A stretch of 64,000 nt of DNA from Paraspadella gotoi (taxonomy: Eukaryota; Animalia; Chaetognatha). The stretch is taken from assembly GCA_051294375.1 (NCBI GenBank), contig CM119265.1, forward strand, positions 13,508,124-13,572,123, read 5' to 3'. Positions 27,701 through 41,956 of the stretch are shown piece after piece. The position numbers and the translations under genes are program-made. Position 1 is the first letter of the stretch. Every line of letters begins with the position of its first letter. Under the pieces are notes generated by a model that saw only the letters and a list, made by a program, of their open reading frames with translations, was not told the origin of the DNA and did not search any database.

Positions 27701-28309
27701 TCGAAGGAGACGGCACACGCTCGCGACCCAACGGATACGGGATGAAAACGACGGCGTCGCGACGTCGTCGTCATCGTGAGCGGCCACCGTGCGTCACGTA
27801 CGACATTCGTTTTGTAACGAATTTTTTGGAAAATAGAAGCGAGTTAACGAGATATATTCCGATACAGATCATACTTACGGTTACTGAGTACTGAGTGTGA
27901 GTAGTGAGTTGTGAGTACTTACTACTAGTAGTATTAGTAGTACTTTGTCTCATTTTATATTTTTATTTCTTTTCAATGACCATGTTCTTGGTAAATTGAT
28001 ATTCCAATAAACGGAATTAAATAATTTCGGCTTCCGTGTTCTGAATAAAATTTCAATTCATTATCTTTGTCTGAGGGAATTTTGAAAAGTAAACGTCGAG
28101 CTTAGTGAAGAGTTGTTTTTCTCATTCCTGAACAAAAGCCGGTTTGGCCAAAAACAATAACAACTTTTATGAAATGATGAACTATTCCTACCCTCTTTTA
28201 CATTCAGAATTGGCTCCAATTTGTGCTGTAAAAATTATTTAACATTGGTTTTTATTATTCAATATTCTATTTTTAATAATACTATTACGTTTTTATATTT
28301 ACAATGTAT

Positions 28310-29133
28310 CTAACTCCTGACGTCCTTGATGGTTACTGGTTGGCACATAGTATCTAATAAAATCCTCTTTTTTTTTCGTTTTTAATTTTTATTCCCTAAC
28401 GTTTCTAATCAATATTCATTCATTTCATATACGTAACAGAATCATAAATCACAGAAACAAAAATCTCACTCGTTTTCGATGTGTCCGATTGAGAGCGCTG
28501 CAGATCGAACTTGACACACGAATGGAACCTTTTGTGTTTGCTCCTCAGAGATTCGAGCCTTTCCCGCTTGAGTTTCGAGGAACGGTGCCACGAGTGATTG
28601 AGGCGATCATTGACGCTCGGGCACTTTCTCTTGACGGTGCCAAAAGCGGCGCCGGCCTCGGCGTCGTCCATCGACCCATAATTTTTAGTCCCGTCGCCGG
28701 AAAAGGGCGGATACTTGTTGCGAATGGCATCCGCGTCGGCGTCGTAGTAGAAACTTCCCTCGCGCAGGTAAGGTTTCTTCGCTACGGACAATGAGTTCGC
28801 TCCGCCTTCCGCTCCGGCGTCGGCGGTCGAACCCTCGGTCAAACTCTCAACGCAGCTTCCGGCGCAACTTCCGCCGCGCCACGATCCCGGCAAAGCGTCG
28901 AGTCTCAAGAACAACGACGAGAACGACGACTTGGACGACGCCGACGAACAGGTGGAGCTCTTCGAAACGGGGCGCGCCCGGAAGAAAGATCGCCAATTTT
29001 TCGACGAGGACGCCAGCAGGTGCGGTCCGTGATCGGCGGACGTTTGGCGCCATCGAGACGGGTGATCCGCCGGAGCTTGAAACGACGACGCGTGAAACGA
29101 GGAAGAGCCGGGACTCTTCCGGCCCAGCGTCAT
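28310..29133 (-). CDS. Ser-rich, probably disordered orphan protein (about 235 aa)
   Basis: GC-rich 237-codon ORF 29133-28420. A likely donor after 28470 (A|GTGAG) splices in frame to 28353-28310 (NTMCQPVTIKDVRS*). No recognisable domain. Confidence 0.55.
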
Positions 29134-29539
29134 CCGCGGCGCGATTCCATCCGGTCGGGGATCGTCGAGTCTCGAAAAAAACGCCGTGGTGCCGAAGTGG
29201 AATCTCGGCGCGCCGAGAGACGATTAAATTCGTCGAAAATTCGAATAAGAGAAATAAAAAGTGCGAATGAAAATGGGAGAAGAGTTCTGAGCGAGAAAAA
29301 AAACCTGAGGAAAAAAAAACGGAGATCCTTGAAAGAAAGATAAAACGATGGCAGACGGGAACAGTTTGTTTCGAAAATGTCGTAAAGATTAAAAAAAAAA
29401 GTAAACAAAACCAAAGGATCGACGTAAAATTCCGCTCTGAAGTGAGTCGCGAAAGAAAAAGTAGAGCACAGCACGCGCGAGGCGGNNNNNNNNNNNNNNN
29501 NNNNNNNNNNTGATTGCATAGCAGACGAATCAATTTGAC

Positions 29540-30500
29540 GCTCCGGGCACATTCTCTTCGACGGTGCCATAAAAAAGCCGGCGCGGCCGCTGGCGTCGTC
29601 GAGTTGCCGACCATTAATTTTTAGTTCCCGTCGCCGAAAAGTGGCGCATTAAGGCATGATATAGCGAATGGTCAATATCATACGGTCGGCGTCGTAAGTA
29701 GAAACTGTCTCTCTGCCTCACGAGTTCAATGCGCTTTTCTTTCGCTACGGACAATTGAGCTTCGTTCCCGCCTCCGCTCTCTCTCTCTCCCGGTCCTCGG
29801 CTCTGCGTTCCGTAACCCTCTCTCTGCTCAAACTCTCCAACGCAGGCTTCCGGCGCAACTTCCGCCTGCGCCCATTCCGATCCCGGCAAAAGCGTCGAGT
29901 CTTCAAGAACAACGACGAGACGAGACCTTGGATCCGAACCGCCGAACGAACAGGTGGAGTTTCTCCTCTCTCTCGCTCTCTTTCCGAAACCGGGGCCGCG
30001 CCCGGAAGAAATGCGATCACTCCAATTCCGTGCAACCCGAAAAGGAATGCGAGCTATGTGCGGCGGGCGCTTCCGGTTGATCGGGCCGGGGAACGCTTTG
30101 GCCCGCCCACTCGGAGAAACCGGGTGATCCGCGCCGCGAGCTGATGAGAACGAAACGGGGCGGGCCCAGGGGGCAGATGGAAAACCCAGAAAAGAGGAAA
30201 CCCAGGGACTAACACCCTTTCTCCCCCCTGGACAAGATCATTTCGAACAGCCGCGAGTTCCAATCTTCTCTGCGGCTCCGGCGGAAACTCTCACAAGGCC
30301 GCCATCTTCCCCTCGTGACCGAAAATCCGCGGATCCGTCGAGTCCGAAAAAAACGCCCGCGTGGTCCGCGCCAGGGAACTGAGCGGAGCACCTCTCGGCC
30401 CTCCCTGCTCCGAGATGAACAGAATTTAATACGTATTCCGTCGATAGAGTTCTGTCGAATAAGAAGAAAGTAAGAGCACGAGATATGACGAATTTGGACA
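29540..30500 (-). other. Indel-riddled second copy of about 28620-29300, probably unpolished read sequence
   Basis: Collinear matches (ACGGTGCCA, ATTTTTAGT.CCCGTCGCCG, GGCGCAACTTCCGCC, AAGAACAACGACGAGA, CGGGTGATCCG) with dense indels, directly after an N gap. Confidence 0.75.
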
Positions 30501-31007
30501 CACATGGCAGATCCAGCATGTTCCTGCGAGCGAGGAAAACACGAGGAGTAGCATAGGATATTACATAAAATCTCAGCGATGCCATTTCTAGGAATAGAAA
30601 GTATTTACAATAAAGACATCAGGCGCCATTACGAAAACCGAAGGAGAAAAAACAAACACGTATATTTGATCTTTCGAAATTTCGAATAAAGAGTATTTTA
30701 AGCTACAAAAAAAAAAGTAAACACAAACCAAAGGAGTCCCATAGGACCCTAGGTAAAATTCGTCGTCCGTCCATATCAAGAATAAGAGAGAAATAGAGCT
30801 TGTTCACACACATATTATCATGGCTTAGCTAATAGCCAATCCACAAGTGCATCTTTGCGGCGACATCGGGCAGCAGAGAGCGAAGAAAGAGATAGAAGAA
30901 GGGAGGAGGGCAGGGACGTACGGACCGAAAATGGTCAAGGGCATTCTACGCACGAAGTACGACGCAAGCAGTGCTTCCGCCTGGCCCGATGAGAGAGAGA
31001 GAGGAGA

Positions 31008-31090
<83 letters not shown>

Positions 31091-33277
31091 AGAGATGAGC
31101 CCCGGGTCACCAAGGATCGAGGCGGGAAGTAGCAGACTCGCGACGGTTCGCGGTAAGATGAGAATATACGCGGAAACGTCGGGATGTTAGAAGTGGCGCA
31201 GTTAAAGGCACGGAAAGTAGACTTCCTGCGGCGTTTAATTCCGGCTGAACCTGAGTGAGAAGCAGTTCTTTTGTCGGAAATAGGGAGAATCAGTGGCAAA
31301 GAACAAGGCGCGTTACGTCGCCTCCCAGAGAGAGAATTTCTCAGTGGAAATCAAAGAATTAATGTCAGTCGTCAATTAATTCCGCAGCCCGAAACTGGGG
31401 AGGAAGATCAAAGATCCTTCTTCCCGCGTGGTCCGCCGTCAGCGTCGACGAGACTCCCGTCGCTTCGAGCTGCCGTTTCCGGGCGCTTCGACTTCCTGGC
31501 GCTACTCCGAGACTTTCAACAACCGGACTGGGGATTTGTGCGAGCTTCTTTCTTATACGTTCAATGCCGCCTATTTTTTTTCCAGATGAGAGTGAGGATG
31601 GCGTGCGGGGGTCACGTAAATACAAAGTCGATTGATTAGATTGCTCTTTAAAAAAAAGAAGGGGTCAGGGATCTTGAAAAGTTTGAGATTCCCTCAGTTT
31701 AATAGTAGGGCCCGCATGGAAATTGACATTTTCCCCACATGCGAGAACGATAACGATATTTTCCGTGGCGATCGACGAGACAAGATTTCCATGAGACGAA
31801 CGATTGTTTTTTCCCCGCGCCGATCGATTAAGGGCTTTCCCGCGAGTTCGGTGTGGGCGAAGATCCGCTAATAACATCGAGGAAAAAATCAAAGAGATAC
31901 TAACAACGTGGCGAACGTCGGAAGATGGTAATTCGAAGCGCGGACGAAATCGAGATTTCTCATCGAATAAGAAATTAAAGAATGATTTATAAAATTTATG
32001 AGACAGAAGGGGGACCTCCGCGTCAGAATGGAAATCGGGGGTGAATATATCGCGTGAGAAGCCTTTTAGTCGGCGTTATCTGGAATTTTTTTTTTTTTTT
32101 TTGTTTTTTTTGCGACGTGAGTTGGCATCGGAAACGAAAGATTATTAGAAAAAACTGTTATTGGAAATAACCCTTTAAGCTGTTCTTATAACTATGTACT
32201 GCGAGAGAATAACATAAAGGATTAATAAAATTAATGTGTTACAAGATTTATGAAAAACTAGGGAAATAAATGTGAAGAAATTAAACGATAAAAGGAGACA
32301 AAAATTGATTCCGGTAATTAACCGGTTCTTAAAACTCTCACCATGAAAAAAAATTGCCGTTTAAATTCACATTTAATTATGCATTTATGATATTTTCCCG
32401 TGTTTTTTATCTTCTCCGGCTCTAAAACGATCGATTGATTGATTTAAACGAAATGATGGATTTTTTGGATTAATTTATTAATTGATCGATTAATTTATTG
32501 ATTGAAATATGTATAATGCATAATGTATGACTGGGGCAACGACGTTCTTGCGAAATTCTCCAGATAACGGGTCATAACTGATTTATGAATGAGTTAGAGA
32601 AACATAATAGGAGATCGGAGAAGAAAAGAGTAGAAAGTCAAAAAGAAATTTATACAAGCAGAGTCCAGTCTTCTATCGCACGCGAATAACCCAAGCAGAA
32701 CAGGCAAGCAAAATAAAAAAAAATAAAAAAAGAAAACGCACGCAGAACGCGGCAAAAGCTTTTCGCTCAAAAACGTCGATAACTCCCTTTGACAGAGAAG
32801 AAAAAAATGATCTTTAGCTAATCACTCAACGCATGAACCTGAACGCGCTCAGTCTGCAATCCGTTTAGCGTTGTCGCACTCGTCGCGAACAATGTAGGTA
32901 AAGAGGAGGGGGGGGGAATAGTTTTTTTTTTCTTTCGAATGAATAGTCAAAAAACTTTTTAAATTCTCTTTAACCCTAATAGTACAAAGCGAATCGATAA
33001 CGCGCTCGTTCTTTTCATTTCCTCTTCCGAACTTCTCTGCCTGAAATATNNNNNNNNNNNNNNNNNNNNNNNNNNNNNNNNNNNNNNNNNNNNNNNNNNN
33101 NNNNNNNNNNNNNNNNNNNNNNNNNNNNNNNNNNNNNNNNNNNNNNNNNNNNNNNNNNNNNNNNNNNNNNNNNNNNNNNNNNNNNNNNNNNNNNNNNNNN
33201 NNNNNNNNNNNNNNNNNNNNNNNNNNNNNNNNNNNNNNTCTCTCTCTCTCTCTCTTTCTCTCGCTCTCTCTCTCTCT

Positions 33278-34366
33278 CATCCGAACTTCTCAGCCTGAAA
33301 TATATTGTTTCCACCAAAACATTGCTCCGCTTATTGCCTCCGGCGAAGCGACGCTCGTTCGATCTCCCGTCTTGCGCGCCAAATATTCTCCGCGATAAGG
33401 ATTGAGCTTTCCGTGCGCGCGACTGAGCAACGCCAACCGCAACGATATAGAAGGGGAAAAAAAAAGAAGGTCAGTCTCACCCCCTGATGAACGACCAAAG
33501 CCGAGTACGTGACGTCCTCAAACCGGAAATCGTGTGGGCGTGGTTTCGGGAGTAAATTCTGGGGGTGGTGTGAGGGGTTCGAAGGCGACAGTGGCCACCC
33601 GGAAACGAAGATTAGGGAAAGTTGCCCGTGTCAAATGAGGAAAAAAAAAAGGAAAAGGGGGGGAAGGCTAACGATGAAAGGGAAGATAACAAATTGAGAA
33701 AGGAATGGATAATGGGGAGAGAGGAAGAGAAAACACGTGTGGTGGAGATAAGTGGATACTGACAGAAACTAGATAAGGCGAAAGAATAAGAGGCGAGAAG
33801 GAAGACGGAATTATAAACGACAAAGNNNNNNNNNNGTGTCTGCCACTTAGATTAAATGCGCAAAACCGGCATTGATTCTGTGACTAAGACAAAGTCTCGA
33901 AATCCCGGATGTACAGTCCGGATGTAGCGACTTCTAAGGGGAACAGGGGTGTGATGGAAAGAGTTTTGAGGAAAAAAAGGGGATAAATCAAGAAGGCACG
34001 AATCGATGAAGCCAATCGGCTTGAAAAAGCCGATCGGCAAAAAGGCAACCCGTTGAGATGAATACAAATAAACTAAGAAATGAAAAAAGTAAACGAAAGA
34101 AAAAGAAATCCCAAATAAATGGTAGGTGAAGTCTTTCATTTTTTATAACTGAATGCATAATTGTTATTATGTAGCATTTGGATTGAGCTAATATTGTTGC
34201 CAGCCCAAAAAAAGTAAAATAATTATTTCGATAAGCAATATTAATAAAAAATATTAATCAAATAAAGCTAGCAATATTTCAAATTTCGTATGTATAGATA
34301 TAGATGTATTTGGAAGTGAAAGGATTTCGTTAGGAATGCATGTTAGATATGCATTATGCAACATAT

Positions 34367-34457
<91 letters not shown>

Positions 34458-36435
34458 GTAGCTCCGGGTGTCACTTCGTGTGGTATCCAACTCATTGTCC
34501 AAGGAGATGTTTTCCGAAGACGCGACTCGGAAGCAGACGGCGGGCGCCTGCACCGCCGCGTCAAAACCATCTCCACCCGTGTCCATGATCTTCGGTACCT
34601 CCAGACACACCTGGTAAGGAGAGAAGCCGGGTCGGGATTCGATTTAACTTACTTTTTTAAAAGAAGGAAACAAAGGAGGATCGCGACTCACTTTTTTGAC
34701 TGGATCGTCTTTCTTTTTGATTTAACTTACTTTTTTGACTGGATCGTCTTTCTGCTCCGGCGACTCTTCACCAACTTCAGTGATTCGTTGATCTTGAAGC
34801 GAAGTTTTTTGGATTTTGGTGAGGCTGACGAGGTTCGACCCGCAACTCGAGGACGTCCTGGGAAGCAAAATACGTTTTTCACGATCTCTCTCGTTAATTA
34901 TAATTTTATACATTTGGTTTAATTAATGCATCTAAAGTTCTCTACCTTGTTTCCTATTTTTTTTATAATCAACAAATAATAGAATACACATGATATGTCT
35001 TTACAGCGTTATCAAGAAAAGCACAGGGCAATGTTGTAAATATCTAAAATTACGACAAAAAAACAAACAAAACAAAACGAATAGTTTTTAATCTTTTTCC
35101 AGAATGATACTGATATAAACCGGTAAGCTTATAGTGATTTAGTTATTTTGGATTATCAAATCCCTCGCACCTTATCGAACATGAGCCTCGTCTTCTGTCG
35201 GCTTCTGGAAGGTTTTCGGTACTTTTTCCGGACCCTTGACTGCTTTGATGCGCTGTCTCTACCGCGTAGTAATACTTTATAGTCTTTTGTTTTCGAAGGC
35301 GGGACGAGTGCGACACTCTGTGTTCTGAAACGTGAATCGCCTGGGGAGACTCCTGTTGGAGAGAAAAACAAAAGGTCGCGTTTTAAGCGAAAAGGTCTGG
35401 ACTTCAAAATTTTCTCATCATATTTCCCATCATTATCATTCAATTTATAATTATATATCAATTACCTATGACTGTAATTATAGAAATTATCTATGAGAAT
35501 AGCTTGTGAGTTGGAGATTGGGTGAGTTAAGTATTATATAAAACGTCGCCCTTGTACGTACAATGTACAATTGCACATAGTTTTCAATTAGTGTTATCAA
35601 CCGCAGGTATCAATTTTATTACAAAGCATTTTTAAAGGAGCTGACAGATGAAATTTTACAAACAGGTTAATTATTACACTCACAACTGACTAATGATTAA
35701 TTTAATAGCGAGAACACAACTCGTCTTCGCCAGCGTCATTAATTTTATTTCAGAATATTTTTTTTTCAAAAATAATTGTCGATAATCTCTCNNNNNNNNN
35801 NNNNNNNNNNNNNNNNNNNNNNNNNNNNNNNNNNNNNNNNNNNNNNNNNNNNNNNNNNNNNNNNNNNNNNNNNNNNNNNNNNNNNNNNNNNNNNNNNNNN
35901 NNNNNNNNNNNNNNNNNNNNNNNNNNNNNNNNNNNNNNNNNNNNNNNNNNNNNNNNNNNNNNNNNNNNNNNNNNNNNNNNNNNNNNNNNNNNNNNNNNNN
36001 NNNNNNNNNNNNNNNNNNNNNNNNNNNNNNNNNNNNNNNNNNNNNNNNNNNNNNNNNNNNNNNNNNNNNNNNNNNNNNNNNNNNNNNNNNNNNNNNNNNN
36101 NNNNNNNNNNNNNNNNNNNNNNNNNNNNNNNNNNNNNNNNNNNNNNNNNNNNNNNNNNNNNNNNNNNNNNNNNNNNNNNNNNNNNNNNNNNNNNNNNNNN
36201 NNNNNNNNNNNNNNNNNNNNNNNNNNNNNNNNNNNNNNNNNNNNNNNNNNNNNNNNNNNNNNNNNNNNNNNNNNNNNNNNNNNNNNTGAGCAGTCGAGCG
36301 CGTGTCGAGTTCGCGTCGGCGTCCGCCTTTTCGATGCCGATCGATCTCTCAGCAGCGAATTTGTTCCATGTCAAAGCCTTTAAAAAATGTTGCCAAATGC
36401 GAACCTAATAAATTGCCTCAGTGAACATCTCGGCA
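33278..36435 (-). CDS. Exons of an orphan gene inside the duplicated block (second copy at about 40677-43850)
   Basis: Phase-compatible AG..GT exons: about 35353-35171 (ESPQAIHVSEHRV..RRRGSCSIR), 34857-34731 (TSSSCGSNLVSLTKIQK..DDPVKK) and 34611-34455 (VCLEVPKIMDTGG..DTRSYR). Additional blocks: DVTEAIIRF..WQHFLKALTWNKFAAERSIGIEKADA (about 36430-36290) and a possible terminal exon ..NVWWKQYIQAEKFG* (about 33423-33278). The full model cannot be resolved. Confidence 0.45.
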
Positions 36436-36584
36436 ACAATGAAATTTTAAAAAAAACCCAAAAAAATGTGCGTCGTCAATGCAACTTCAACCTTTGCTGA
36501 TTCACAAAGTTTCACGTTCCACAATCTGAAATCACAAGCCTTATATCGCTCGAAAAAGAAGGCGATTTAAATCACCCAATCACC

Positions 36585-37045
36585 ACGAACTCATTACTGA
36601 CCCAATCAATATGAACTTAATACTGACCCAATAAAAATGAACTCATTACTGACCCAATCACCACGAACTCATTACTGACCCAATCAATATGAACTTATTA
36701 CTGACCCAATCAATATGAACTCATTACTGACCCAATCACCACGAACTTATTACTGACCCAATCAATACAAACTCATNNNNNNNNNNNNNNNNNNNNNNNN
36801 NCTTGACTCCCTATTACTCCCCCACCCACTCACATACCTGAACTCCATTACTAGAGGAGACACCACCGAACTTACTTACTCCGATACCAATAATACAAAC
36901 TCATTGCCGACCAATAATAATGAACTCATTACTGACCCAATCACCACGAACTTATTACTGACCAATGCACGAAGAACTTATTACTGACCAATCACCATAG
37001 AACTCATTACTGATCCCACAATCACGAACTCATTACTGACCAGTA
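36585..37045. repeat. 26 bp minisatellite GAACTYATTACTGACCCAATC(AATAT/ACCAC); also at 40527-40565 and 43974-44143
   Basis: Head-to-tail units with no unique spacers. Confidence 0.9.
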
Positions 37046-38962
37046 ATAAACTCCTTTTGAGGGTTCCCTCGCTCATGGCTTCGTTGAGCTCGATCTTCCG
37101 ATCGGAAGGTTGCTTTTGAAGGCTAAGGGCTTGAATCACTACGAAGGGGAAGGAGTGGAGAATCCTCGGTTATTCCTGATGCTAGAAAAGAAGGGAAAAT
37201 GGAGCCGCAGAGGGGCTACGGAGGGGAGGGGAACAGGGAAGGGGGAGCAGGAAAGAAAAAAACGTGGTTACGATCAGTCTGATCTTTCATTTTGGTCTCA
37301 CCTATCTGATCAGTATTACCTTCCGATTTCCTTTTTGCCTTCTCCATATCGTCTTTCTAAAGCGGATCCATATTTTCCCTCCGTGGTTATCTCTTTATAA
37401 TTTTCCTCACGAAATTCACGAATAAAGTCGTTTCGATTTTTACTCTTATTTATTCTTCGAAGAACTCACGTTCGTCGTCGTCTTCGTACGTCGTCTTCGT
37501 CGTCGTCGTGGACATCTACAGTACTCATTCTTCAATCTCTCTAAACCTTCTATAGTTAATAACTACTTTTTCCATACAATTTTTGTCGCATACAAACACG
37601 CCAACGTAGCAATAGTGAACGATTACCTTATATTTTTGTTTCCATAAAATTATAGCAAATTTACAAAAATTAGAGAAAAAGCGAACATTGATTTGATTAT
37701 ACACATTACAGCATAGATGTATCGCAATATCCGCTATTATTGATTTGACACTTAATAAGTTTTTTTGATGCATTACCGGTTTAAACGCTCACTGCTAACG
37801 AAAATTAAAAATGCAAACGAAACTAGCAACTTTAGTATTAAATATTAGTCAAGGAAATATCTATGGTGTTCAAAGGCCGTATCGGTATTTTATCGTATGC
37901 GATATCTTAGTGTAATTTTCTCTAATATCTATTCCTGATTCATTTACTTAAAATCCCGGAGTCGGTGTTTGTGCCATGACGGACAAAGCCACCGTCGTCT
38001 TGGTCACTACGTGTAGTCAAGACACGTGTTGACGGGAAAATCGGCGCATGTCAAGCGAAAGTTGATGCGGCTGCTAAGCCGAGGTCAGTCTCTGCTCGGC
38101 GTTGGAATCGTTTGGGGCCAATGTAAACATATGTAGTACATATGTTTGTTTAAATAAGCGTTACGATATGGAAATAAATATACGCACTCCACTATTTAAA
38201 ACTCTCTTTTATTTAAATCGTTTATTTGTCTTGAATAACTTTCATATCACCACGACGACCTTTTGACCGCAGGATTCTTTAACCGATTCTTCCTCCTCCG
38301 CTGAACTTCATCCTCGCCATTCCCCTCTTACCCACTAATCTCTTTTCTTTCCTTTCTCCGAGGACGCGGCTGCGTTCGACGATACTGAAGCCCATGAGGC
38401 CAGACAAGCCTCTTCCTCACCCACTCCCGACGCGGAGCAACTCACATTTTCGGTCGGTCGGTCGGTTTGTCTGTCTGTCTAACATCGGCTTTCTTAATTA
38501 CATTTAGAGAGCTAATAACTTGGGTAAATATTAAGTCAATATTTGGTTGGAAGGTAAGGTTCATTAGCACTTTACACCTGGCATAATATCACACTTTTGA
38601 AGTTTATGTGATAATCGGAAAATGATCCACGAAAAAATTACAGCAACGCCTTGAACTTGCCAGTTTTTTTTTTCTCTTTTTTTTCTCCTCAGAAAATGTT
38701 ATTATCTTTACACGACCGAACTTTAACTGTTGACAAAATATCCTCTTGCTTGGAAAACCTTCTTAGTGCGATAGGCCTGGAACTTTCCTTTTTTTTTGGG
38801 GTCTTCCGGATATCGGGATATATTCTGGTCGCATCGGGGTCGCAAAACGTTTCCAATTCAAGTGTCCTATTCCTTTAGTTGTTTCTTTCTTTTTTTATGT
38901 TTATTTATTAGTTTGTTTATTTTGTCGCACTCACAAACGGTTTTTATTCGTTTCTGATTCTT

Positions 38963-39003
<41 letters not shown>

Positions 39004-40123
39004 CTCCTCTCTTCTTCTCTCTCTCTTTCTTCTTTGACTCCAGGAGGACGGAGTGGGGCGTGCGTCAACCGTAGCTTGAGAGGCGCAGGGGCCGATCGGT
39101 TCCGGAATGAGTCCATCAATCGCGAATTACTATTCAGGGATCGGGGGGGAGGTTCTTCTTTGATCCACGGCTATGCTTCCTAGTTAGAAACGTTTTTTTC
39201 GAGATATAAGTTTTCATTCTCGTACAAAAATCGGGTGTTTTAGGCACGAAATGGAATAATGATAATCTCCGAAATTCATCCTTCAAGTTAGAAATGTAAT
39301 TACGAAAAAGAAGTCGGTTATCAAAAAACATCATAAATAATATTGCCAAAAAAATTCAAACTGGAAAATAAATTAAATCGGACGCCTAAGAAAATAAAAA
39401 AATAAAATAAAAGCTGCTTGAATTTTTTTTTTTTTTTGATAAAAAATAGTTGTCGAGCGAAACTCGCCCACTAACAATGTCAACGAGAATATTTTGCGAG
39501 AAGCTTTTGCGCTTCCACATCGTGTCCTTCTGGCGTATTTCATCACCAGTCCTCGCGCGTTCCATCCTGTCACTCGTCCATACCAAAAGTGTGCGTGCCA
39601 CAGCTTTCAGATGAAGCTCCTCATCTTATCCGCTCTGATGAAATAAATTGTTGACAACGTTGTAAGAAGTGAGGCCTCTATAATCAATAAATAGTGATAA
39701 TAAGAAACAAAAATTACGACAATTTTTATTCTAATAAGTATAATTCACCTCGATTATGACAAAAAAACAATTCGTGACGTAATTTCCCTTTTGGGAATTA
39801 AAAAGATTATTAGCGGCCTTATATAAGATTATATAAAGAGAGCAGAAATCTTGACACTTCTCAAAGATAACACTTTTTTTTTTTTTGCAATAATAATGAT
39901 CAGCTCAAGTAAAAAAAGTTTATGAATAATGATTTAAAACTTACGTTGAATGTATGATAAATATCATTGGCCGACCTTTTCATCAGGAAGACTTCTTCTG
40001 CCAACAGAGGATCAACGACTGATGAGATTGACTTTCCTGTCATGTTATTCCTGAGAGAGTGGGAGGAGAGAGGGAGAAAGGAAGAGGTGAAGCAGGAAGG
40101 GGAGGAAGCGAGAGTAGAGCAAT

Positions 40124-40177
<54 letters not shown>

Positions 40178-41248
40178 AAAAGGAAAAAGGAGGAAAAAAG
40201 AGCAAGAAAAGGGAGAGAAGGGAAGAGAAGAAGAAGAAGAGGGGAGAGAAGGGAAAAGGAGGCGGGGCCCCGGAAAAGAAGGAAAAAGAGAAAAAAGAGA
40301 GAGAAGCGAAAAAGAGATAGAATAAGAGAGAGAGAAGAGAAGACGAGAGAGGAGAGAAGTAGTAGGAGAGAGAGGAGAGAAGAAGAGAGAGAGCTACAGA
40401 GAAGAGAAGAAGAGAGAGAGAGAGAGACACCGAAGACACGGAGAAGAGAAAGCGACAGAAGAAGAAACGCGAGATCGACGAGATGAGGATCAAAGAGAGA
40501 TCGCCGTCGTTCGTGACGTTCTTGGACTCATTACTGACCCAATCACCACGAACTCATTACTGACCGCTCCTTTTGGGGTTCCCTCGACTCTGGCTTCGTT
40601 GGAGCTCGATCTTCCGTNNNNNNNNNNNNNNNNNNNNNNNNNAGAGTCTCTCTCTTTCTCTCGCTCTCTCTCTCTCTCATCCGAACTTCTCAGCCTGAAT
40701 ATATTGTTTCCACCAAACATTGCTCCGCTTATTGCCTCCGGCGAAGCGACGCTCGTCGATCTCCCGTCTTGCGCGCCAAATATTCTCCGCGATAAGGATT
40801 GAGCTTTCCGTGCGCGCGACTGAGCAACGCCAACCGCAACGATATAGAAGGGGAAAAAAAAGAAGGTCAGTCTCACCCCCTGATGACGACCAAAGCCGAG
40901 TACGTGACGTCCTCAAACCGGAAATCGTGTGGGCGTGGTTCGGGAGTAAATTCTGGGGGTGGTGTGAGGGGTTCGAAGGCGACAGTGGCACCCGGAAACG
41001 AAGATAAGGGAAAGTTGGCCCGTGTCAAATGAGGAAAAAAAAAAGAAAAGGGGGGGAAGGCTAACGTATGAAAGGGAAGATAACAAATTGAGAAGGAATG
41101 GATAATGGGGAGAAGGAGAGAGGAAGAGAAAAACACGTGTGGTGGAGATAGTGGATACTGACAGAAACTAGATAAGGCGAAAGAATAAGAGGCGAGAAGG
41201 AAGACGGAATTATAAACGACAAAGAATAACTGATAACTACTACTTAAC

Positions 41249-41324
<76 letters not shown>

Positions 41325-41866
41325 CAAGGCCAATAAGTGTCTGCCACTTAGATTAAATGCGCAAAACCGGCATTGATTCTGTGACTAAGACAAAGTCTAG
41401 AAATCCCGGATGTACAGTCCGCGGATGTAGCGACTTCTAAGGGGAACAGGGGTGTGATGGAAAGAGTTTTGAGGAAAAAAAGGGGATAAATCAAGAAGGC
41501 ACGAATCGATGAAGCCAATCGGCTTGAAAAAGCCGATCGGCAAAAAGGCAACCCGTTGAGATGAATACAAATAAACTAGGAAATGAAAAAGTAACGAAAT
41601 GAAAAAGAAATCCCGAATAAAATGGTAGGTGAAGTCTTTCATTTTATAACTGAATGCATAATTGTTATTATGTAGCATTTGGATTGAGCTAATATTGTTG
41701 CCAGCCCAAAAAAGTAAAATAATTATTTCGATAAGCAATATTATAAAAATATAATCAAATAAAGCTAGCAATATTTCAAATTTCGTATGTATAGATATAG
41801 ATGTATTTGGAAGTGAAAGGATTTCGTTAGGAATGCATGTTAGATATGCATTATGCAATATATGCA

Positions 41867-41956
<90 letters not shown>

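Noticed and set aside
27451-27800. SLC23 pseudogene with a degenerate 3' exon
   Set aside because: Dense indels are confined to one segment next to a clean 1.4 kb exon, which looks like uncorrected read sequence.
36585-37045. CRISPR-like array
   Set aside because: Units are contiguous 26-mers with only two recurring 5 bp variants. There are no unique spacers or cas genes, and the context is eukaryotic.
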